DNA of 64,000 nt from Candidatus Aenigmatarchaeota archaeon (GTDB lineage: Archaea; Aenigmatarchaeota; Aenigmatarchaeia; QMZP01; QMZT01): NCBI GenBank assembly GCA_041489155.1, contig JBGPQP010000002.1, positions 32,001 to 96,000 on the forward strand. Reading direction: 5' to 3'. The notes beneath the pieces were generated by a model. The model searched no databases. It was not told the DNA's origin and worked only from the letters and a program-made list of their open reading frames with translations. Positions 57,994 through 64,000 of this stretch are shown in pieces (position 1 is the stretch's first letter; every line of letters begins with the position of its first letter). A program made the translations under genes and the position numbers.

Positions 57994-60900
57994 GATTCCA
58001 CGTGCCTGAGAAGTTCTTCAAGCTCCTCTTCCTTCTCCTTTTTGGTTTTCGTGATGCTCTCAGCAACAGAATCGATTTTCTTTTCCGTTTCTCCAATTCT
58101 GATATTAAGCACGGACTCCTGTGTTTTCATGCGCTTTTCAAGATCCTTCATGAAGTCCCTCAGCTTAAGGTCAACATTGTCTTCTACTGCCCTGTTTATC
58201 GATTTAACATTCTCTATGACTAGGGTTCTCGCCTTTTTGACGGTGTAAACATCATCCCTTACGGCTTCGATCTTGCCGCCAAGCCTTTCAATCTTCTCGC
58301 TCAACTTTTCAAGAACCATTTGCAGCTCTACCACCTCGGTCCTCAATGATTTTTTGGTTTCAGAGATGTCGCCTTTTTTGTCCTTTGAGAACGCCAGAAG
58401 TTTGTTGTCGATAAGCGAGGTGCTTTCCTTCATAACTTCGTTCTTTATGGAATCCTTTATATCGTAAAACTTCTTGGTCTCCCCATCCAGGTCATTGAGC
58501 CTCCTGCCGATCTCGCCCTTGACTGCCATGAGTTCCTTGAGGGATTTGTTGGTTTCGATCCATCTCTCTCTTTCGCCTGCTTGGAATTTGACCTTGAGGC
58601 TTTCGATGAGCGCATCGGTGTCTTTCTTTGCCTTTTCTGTTTTTTCGAGTCTTCTTGCCTCGCTCGTGTCGAAGTCCTTCTTGATGGACGAGAGTCTCTT
58701 TTCAAACTCTGCCTTCGCGAAGGAAAGGTCCGACTTTATCATGTCAAGATTATCCGAGATGTCTGAGATGGTCGCCTTGACCCTTTGTTCAACGTCAGCC
58801 TTCAGCTTTTCAACGACCTTGTCCACCTCTCCGGTCTTTTTGCCGGTGGCCTTGTCCACGTCGCTCGTAAGCTTCCCGATCGTTTTCCCGAGCTCAACCT
58901 TGAATTGTGAGAGGTTCGCTTCGACCTCCCTTACTCTCATGTCAACGGTTTTCATAAGCTCGTTTATCTTGGTGTCGGTGTCGTCCCTTGCGTTTTCGAA
59001 TCTCTCCCCTATTCCTTCCACGATGTCCTTTACTCTTTCATTCACGCCCGAAAGGCTTTCCTTGTAAATCTCCTTCTTAAGCTCTTTCCTCATTTCGGAT
59101 AATTCGGCTATTTTTATGTCGATTTGCTTCAGCTTCTCGTCTATCTTGCCTTTCTCCGCAATGAATTCCTTGAGGGTCTTGTCGACCTCTGTGCGCTTCT
59201 GGACTTCTGTTTTCTGTATCTCCTTTTTGAAGTCGCTTATGGCAATATTTATTTCCCTTTCTTTTGCCTTGGCGTCGGCTGACACAGCGCTGACCATCGT
59301 TTCGAAGTCCCTGGATTTCTCCTTTATTATAGAGTCGAATTTCTGGCTCAGATTAACAGTGAAACTGTCAACCTCCTTTCTAAGGGAAGTGGTTTCGGCT
59401 GCAATCTGCTTTATCTGTGTGCTGGTGTTGGCTGCAAGTGCGGAAAATCTGCCATCGATGTCTTTTTGGAGAGTTTTTGAAAGCAGGTCTGCATTCTTGT
59501 CCATAGCTAGGTCGCGCTTTTCGAACTCCTTCCTAAGGGTTTCCATTTTCTTTTCGATATCTGCCTTTATGGAGGCGGTAATGCCCTGGAAGCTTGCGTT
59601 GAGATCGTCAACGTCGCTTTCCATGGCAGAAATCTTGTCAACCATGCTGTCCTCGACGACTTCGAACTTCTTCTCCAGTTCGTCGATTATCATCTTAAGC
59701 TTTTCCTGCACTCCGGCCAGGCTTTCCTTGGTTATCTGCTTGCGCAGGGTTTCGGAAGCATGAGAGAACTTTTCCAGTTCTGCTGAAACCTCGTTTATCT
59801 TCTCGTCGACCTGGCCTTTCACGGCCATGAATTCCTTTATTATCCCGCTGATCTCCGCCTTCCTCTTGGTTTCGCCTGTTTCGGCGGATCTGTTAAGCAT
59901 ATCGATTGATTTCGCAAGGTTCGCTTTCAGGCCATCGATGTCCTCGTTTATGCCCGTTATCTGTTCGTAAAGCTTTTCAGCCTCTGCTTCAAGCCTCTTG
60001 CCGAGGGATGCGTTTATGCGGGTAAGGGACGCATCAAGCTTCTTCTCTCTTCTTTCCTCCCCTGCCTCGACCTTCCTGTTTATGGTCGCTACCAGTTTTT
60101 CGACTTCTTCCTTGGTGGTTATGAGGTCGGTTCTCAGCGAGCCGAGGTTCTTGTCCCAGACATTAGCTGAATCAAGGACCTGCTTGTCTACCTTGTCCTT
60201 CATGCCGGCAAGGACAGCGTCAAATTCCTTTGATTTCGAAACCATGAAATCGCGCGTGTCCACCTTTGCTTTGCCCAGCGTTTTCTCAAGTTCGACCCTG
60301 AATCTGGTCAGCTCGCTTTCCGCGTCCATTATCTTCTTGCCAAGGTTCGCCTTGAGCTCTTCGACATCGCCGCTTACCTCGGCAACATGAGCATATATGT
60401 CGTCAGTCGTGTTTTCCAGCTTCTTGTTCAGCGCGCTGTTTAGCCTCGCCATTTCACTGTCTATTCTTTTCTCCCTTCTTTCCTCGCCTATCTCGACCTT
60501 CCTGTTTATGGTCGCTATCAGCTTTTCGACATCGCTTTTAAGGGCAACGATTTCGGTTCTGAGGGAGCCGAGCTTCTTGTCCCACTCGCTCGCTGACGCC
60601 TGAAGCTGGGCATTCATTTTCTCTTTCAGTTCAGCCAGAAGGGTGTCGAATTCCTTGGACTTGGTTGCGACAAAGTCGCGCGTGTCCACTTTGGCCTTGC
60701 TTAGCGTTTTCTCAAGCTCGACCCTGAACCTGTTAAGATGCTCCTCGGCCACAATAACCTTTTTGTCGACGTCCGCGGCAAGGCTGCTGAACTTGTCTTC
60801 CAGATTGGCAGAAAGCGTTTCAAGCGCCTGGTTCATCTCCTTCGTTTTCTTTACGTCAAGCCTCTCGACGATTCCTTCCATAGATGCGATGGCTTTTGAG

Positions 60901-61595
60901 AAATCGACCTTGGTTTTGTCGAGCTCCTCTGTCACGTGCGCCAGAGCCTCGCCCAGCTCCTTCGCTTTCTTTATGTCCACCTTTTCCATTTCGTTGCGCA
61001 AGGCGTTCGCTTGGCGCTCAAATTCCTTCTTGAAGTTGTCTATCGAATTCCCTACGCCTATTTTCAGGACGCTGAACTGGTCCTCAATCTTCCTGACGTC
61101 CTCGCCGAATTTCGCCTTTATCTCCTCTACCTTCTCGGCGAGCTCTTCGGAGCCGAACGTCTGGACGGTGGAGATGCGCTTTGCCATGTCTGCGACGGCC
61201 TTCTTGAATTCGCCCATGGTCGCCATCATGGCTGCCTGCTTCTCGCTGTTCTTGACCATCTCGTTCTTGAAATTACCGACTATGACGTTGAAATCATCAA
61301 CTTTTTTGAGGGCGGAATTTATTGAAACGTCGTATTCCTTTATCTTATGCAACCTCACCTCGAACTCGTCGAGCTTCGCCCTTACAGGCTTTATGTTCTG
61401 GTCGACGAAGTCAATAAGACGCCTCCCTGACTCCTCGTAAAGGATGCCTGCCTGCTTGAGCTTCTCGATGAGGTACCTGTTCCTCTCTTCAAGATAATTC
61501 TTCTCGTTCTCGAGTTCCGTAAGAAGGCGCTTCTTCTCTTGGTTATCCTTCTTGAGATTCCTCAGGCCTTCCTCGAGTTCCTTGAGTTCGGTCAT
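57990..61595 (-). CDS. Giant coiled-coil protein (1201 aa) with internal repeats
   Basis: All-helical composition, a single Pro, no Walker motifs. TAATG overlap with the upstream gene. Confidence 0.88.
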   Translation of the reverse strand: MTELKELEEGLRNLKKDNQEKKRLLTELENEKNYLEERNRYLIEKLKQAGILYEESGRRLIDFVDQNIKPVRAKLDEFEVRLHKIKEYDVSINSALKKVDDFNVIVGNFKNEMVKNSEKQAAMMATMGEFKKAVADMAKRISTVQTFGSEELAEKVEEIKAKFGEDVRKIEDQFSVLKIGVGNSIDNFKKEFERQANALRNEMEKVDIKKAKELGEALAHVTEELDKTKVDFSKAIASMEGIVERLDVKKTKEMNQALETLSANLEDKFSSLAADVDKKVIVAEEHLNRFRVELEKTLSKAKVDTRDFVATKSKEFDTLLAELKEKMNAQLQASASEWDKKLGSLRTEIVALKSDVEKLIATINRKVEIGEERREKRIDSEMARLNSALNKKLENTTDDIYAHVAEVSGDVEELKANLGKKIMDAESELTRFRVELEKTLGKAKVDTRDFMVSKSKEFDAVLAGMKDKVDKQVLDSANVWDKNLGSLRTDLITTKEEVEKLVATINRKVEAGEERREKKLDASLTRINASLGKRLEAEAEKLYEQITGINEDIDGLKANLAKSIDMLNRSAETGETKRKAEISGIIKEFMAVKGQVDEKINEVSAELEKFSHASETLRKQITKESLAGVQEKLKMIIDELEKKFEVVEDSMVDKISAMESDVDDLNASFQGITASIKADIEKKMETLRKEFEKRDLAMDKNADLLSKTLQKDIDGRFSALAANTSTQIKQIAAETTSLRKEVDSFTVNLSQKFDSIIKEKSRDFETMVSAVSADAKAKEREINIAISDFKKEIQKTEVQKRTEVDKTLKEFIAEKGKIDEKLKQIDIKIAELSEMRKELKKEIYKESLSGVNERVKDIVEGIGERFENARDDTDTKINELMKTVDMRVREVEANLSQFKVELGKTIGKLTSDVDKATGKKTGEVDKVVEKLKADVEQRVKATISDISDNLDMIKSDLSFAKAEFEKRLSSIKKDFDTSEARRLEKTEKAKKDTDALIESLKVKFQAGERERWIETNKSLKELMAVKGEIGRRLNDLDGETKKFYDIKDSIKNEVMKESTSLIDNKLLAFSKDKKGDISETKKSLRTEVVELQMVLEKLSEKIERLGGKIEAVRDDVYTVKKARTLVIENVKSINRAVEDNVDLKLRDFMKDLEKRMKTQESVLNIRIGETEKKIDSVAESITKTKKEKEEELEELLRHVES
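59886..60737 (-). repeat. Tandem 426-nt (142-aa) intragenic duplication
   Basis: LNRFRVELEKTLSKAKVDTRDF...GSLRT...ATINRKVEIGEERREK vs LTRFRVELEKTLGKAKVDTRDF...GSLRT...ATINRKVEAGEERREK. Confidence 0.9.
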
Positions 61596-63505
61596 TAACT
61601 CTTCAACTCTTTAAGAAGTATATTTATTTTGTCCCTCTGCCTGTGGGACTCTTCCTCGAATTTCCTTTTGTCAGCAAGTGTCTGTTTTACAATAGTGTCA
61701 AATTCCTTTGACACCTCGTTCAGCCTGCTCTCCAACACCAGGAACCTCTTTTCGCTCTCCTTGTTTCTCAGCTCGTTGGCCTTGACCCATTCCCACACGG
61801 AAGCGATAGATTTCTCGACTTCGGCGATTTCCTTCAGCGATTCCCTCATCTGGGTCTGGCCTTCCTTGAGCTTCTCGGTTCTCGTGTCAAGCTTGGATAT
61901 GTCGTTTTTCAGAAGATTGAGCGTCGGGTTGACGACGTTCTGGAACTGGACGAATTCGGCTTCGGAATCCTCCAGCCTGCCGCTGACGTCTTTAGTGAAC
62001 TTCGCGACATCGGCCCTTATGTTCTTAAGGTCCGGACCGGCGATGTCTGTGAAAAGGCCTTTCGCCTTCTCCTCGAGCTCGTTCTGGAATTCGGCCTGGT
62101 TAACCTTGATTTTCTCTGTTCTAGTGCCCATCTTCTCAAGCTCTTCTTTTATCATGGAAAGCGTCGGGTTGACGACGTTCTGGAACTGGACGAACTTGGA
62201 AACCATGTCGTTGACCTTCGCCCTTGCCACGGCGAGGTTCTTCTCCGTCCTGTCCTCCAGCTCGAGGAACTTCGACTCTGTCATGTCGTCGAAGAACTCC
62301 TTTGTTTTGGTCTCTATCTTGCCGGTGAAGGCCTTGTCGAACTTCAGTATCTGGTCGTTAAGCAGATCGGTCCTCTTCTTGAGAAGCGCCTCGAGCCTGT
62401 TGGCCATTGCGATGAGATTCGCTTCCTTCTCCTTTATCCTGTCGTATATCTTGTCCTTCTCCGTCTGCAGGTCGGAGATGTAATCCCCCATCTTGTAAAG
62501 CGTCTTTATCTCGCCCTTGAAGTAGTTCACCTCGTTGAAAAGCGTTTTTATGTTTTCGCTCAGTTTCTCCACGTCGCTTCTGACGCCTTTTATGTCGTTG
62601 AAGACGGGCGTCATCTCCTTGCCCATCTTCTTCTCTATTTCGTTGGGTATTATCTCGCCGGTTATCTCGTCGGCTGAAAATATGAACTTCTTGAGCTTCT
62701 CGACGTTGCCCGGGCTCATGCGCTCTATGAGGCCTTCAAGCTTTTCCTCGAAAGTCGGGAAGCGTTCAAGAATTTTTATCTGCTCCTTTATCCTCGTGAT
62801 TCTAGTGTCCATTTCATCCTTTAGCTCGCGGATGCTCTTCTCCTGGTCCTTCAGCGAGCTCTTTATCTCGAGCATGTCGTTTTTAATGTCCACCCGGCCG
62901 CCGAAGACGGCTAGGCCTTTCGAAACCTCCTCCTCCTTCCTCGGCTGCTCCATGCGCTCGACCATCTTCCTTATCTCTTCCTGCAGGTCGGCAATCTTCT
63001 TCGAGGTGTCCGCCTGGACCTGGTCCACCATGTCACGCAGCTTGCTACTCGCCTTTTCCGGCTTCTCGGCTTTGGCGACCTCCTCTATCTTGGTGCTCAT
63101 GGCTGTGAGCGCTGCCTGGACATTCTTCATCTGCGATTGCATCTGTTCGCCCATCTTGCTCTCCGCGGCCCTGACCCTGGAATCAACATCAACAGAACGT
63201 GCTTCCTTCTCCTGTTCGTTCGCTTCGCTTTCATCGCCAGAAGTGGATACCTTCTCTATTATTTCGGCGAGGCTCTTGGATTTTTCCCGTTCCCTCTCCA
63301 GCTCATCCTTGAGGGATTCGACGTCCCCTTCAGAAGCCTTGGCCTTTTTCTTTGCCTTCCCTTCTTCGCCCTTTTCCTTTTCTTCCGGTTTCGTGGCATC
63401 AAAATTCTCTATGTCTTTTATCATGTCTTCGGTCGACTCCTCAGCTTCGTCGACGCCCTTGCCGAGATCGCCCATTTTCTCAAATTCGCCTTTTTTCTTC
63501 GCCAT
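61595..63505 (-). CDS. Long coiled-coil protein (about 636 aa) with charged, probably disordered N-terminus
   Basis: K/E-rich head, heptad-rich body, duplicated FVQFQNVVNPTL. Confidence 0.85.
   Translation of the reverse strand: MAKKKGEFEKMGDLGKGVDEAEESTEDMIKDIENFDATKPEEKEKGEEGKAKKKAKASEGDVESLKDELEREREKSKSLAEIIEKVSTSGDESEANEQEKEARSVDVDSRVRAAESKMGEQMQSQMKNVQAALTAMSTKIEEVAKAEKPEKASSKLRDMVDQVQADTSKKIADLQEEIRKMVERMEQPRKEEEVSKGLAVFGGRVDIKNDMLEIKSSLKDQEKSIRELKDEMDTRITRIKEQIKILERFPTFEEKLEGLIERMSPGNVEKLKKFIFSADEITGEIIPNEIEKKMGKEMTPVFNDIKGVRSDVEKLSENIKTLFNEVNYFKGEIKTLYKMGDYISDLQTEKDKIYDRIKEKEANLIAMANRLEALLKKRTDLLNDQILKFDKAFTGKIETKTKEFFDDMTESKFLELEDRTEKNLAVARAKVNDMVSKFVQFQNVVNPTLSMIKEELEKMGTRTEKIKVNQAEFQNELEEKAKGLFTDIAGPDLKNIRADVAKFTKDVSGRLEDSEAEFVQFQNVVNPTLNLLKNDISKLDTRTEKLKEGQTQMRESLKEIAEVEKSIASVWEWVKANELRNKESEKRFLVLESRLNEVSKEFDTIVKQTLADKRKFEEESHRQRDKINILLKELKS
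61920..62194. repeat. 35-nt identical direct repeat, 240 nt apart (80-aa unit)
   Basis: AGCGTCGGGTTGACGACGTTCTGGAACTGGACGAA at 61920-61954 and 62160-62194. Confidence 0.92.
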
Positions 63506-63520
63506 CAAGACACCCCAACC

Positions 63521-63787
63521 CTAACCAAGTTCTTCAATAAGCTTTTCAACGACTTTCTCATTCCTTTCTATCCGCTTTTCCAAGTCTGAAATTCTGCCGC
63601 CAATGTCCCTGAACCTCATCACGGTTTCTTTGCCTTTGTCCTCATCGAGATCCATCAAATCCATCTTAAGATTCCGAGGTATAAAATCGCTTTTACCCTT
63701 GCCCTCTGTATATTTTAATCTATATAACTTGTATAATAAAAAGCAAATCACCGCAAGCAGCGCTATTATCGCCAACTCGTACATCAT
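63521..63787 (-). CDS. Small single-TM protein with C-terminal coiled coil
   Basis: N-terminal TM, then RISDLEKRIERNEKVVEKLIEEL. Confidence 0.8.
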   Translation of the reverse strand: MMYELAIIALLAVICFLLYKLYRLKYTEGKGKSDFIPRNLKMDLMDLDEDKGKETVMRFRDIGGRISDLEKRIERNEKVVEKLIEELG

Positions 63788-63815
63788 ATAAATAATTTTG
63801 GCAGGACCCTATAAA

Positions 63816-64000
63816 TTACTTCTTAATCCCTAATAGTTTCATAAAGTTGGAAAGCAGGCTTTCGGGCTTCTTTTCCTCCTCGCCCAGAATCTTGGCAGCG
63901 AGCCTCAGGAACTCCCTGCTGGAGGGGGAATTCGGGGAGAAAAGCACGACAGGCATCTTGAGCGCAAGGCTGCGCAAAACGTTCTTGTCCATGGGTATGC
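63816..64000 (-). CDS. minD: C-terminus of a MinD/ParA-family ATPase, truncated by the window edge (not in the ORF track)
   Basis: IPMDKNVLRSLALKMPVVLFSPNSPSSREFLRLAAKILG...LLSNFMKLLGIKK matches the MinD IPxD...PVV..PxS...F..LA motif plus an amphipathic membrane-targeting helix. Confidence 0.8.
   Translation of the reverse strand, partial: IPMDKNVLRSLALKMPVVLFSPNSPSSREFLRLAAKILGEEEKKPESLLSNFMKLLGIKK

Noticed and set aside
57990..61595. SMC/Rad50 assignment for the 1201-aa protein
   Set aside because: No Walker A/B, signature motif, hinge or CxxC hook.
61920..62194. 35-nt direct repeat as a possible CRISPR array
   Set aside because: Only two copies, 240 nt apart, in frame within a CDS, and no cas genes.
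56915..63589. Many long Ser/Phe/Leu-rich plus-strand ORFs (up to 329 aa) opposite the coiled-coil genes
   Set aside because: Reverse complements of Lys/Glu-rich codons, not independent genes.

Overview
Archaeal chromosome segment. A DPANN lineage (Aenigmarchaeota-like) is inferred from scrambled ribosomal-protein gene order, multi-intron tRNAs, KKGQSAMEYLMTYGW-type pilins and ACD/FBP-aldolase-phosphatase metabolism; no phylogeny was run. From left to right: a signalling island (PAS protein, 5TM sensor, HAMP histidine kinase, response regulator, three KaiC-superfamily proteins, tandem V4R-like protein) with an embedded UbiA + radical SAM/SPASM pair; rpoH-B''-B'-A'-A'' followed by rpl6-rpl32e; tRNA-Tyr (two introns), 5S rRNA, tRNA-Asp and tRNA-Lys (97-nt intron with box D'/C' motifs); tpiA, fbp and r-proteins; pilin, two Tad-type membrane proteins and a HerA-like ATPase; a geranylgeranyl reductase with a 379-aa LAGLIDADG intein; an unannotated HypC-like gene; argF and acdA/acdB; a glutamine-centred cluster (lrp, glnA, guaAA/AB, pyrG, purF, later glmS); a minor-pilin cluster; and at the right edge a MinD-like ATPase followed by a membrane-anchored protein and three translationally coupled long coiled-coil proteins. 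Best novelty candidates are the MinD/coiled-coil operon, a possible tRNA-Lys intron-encoded Cm32 guide RNA, the GGR intein and the UbiA/rSAM/V4R/KaiC module. All calls come from motif recognition by eye; no database searches were run.
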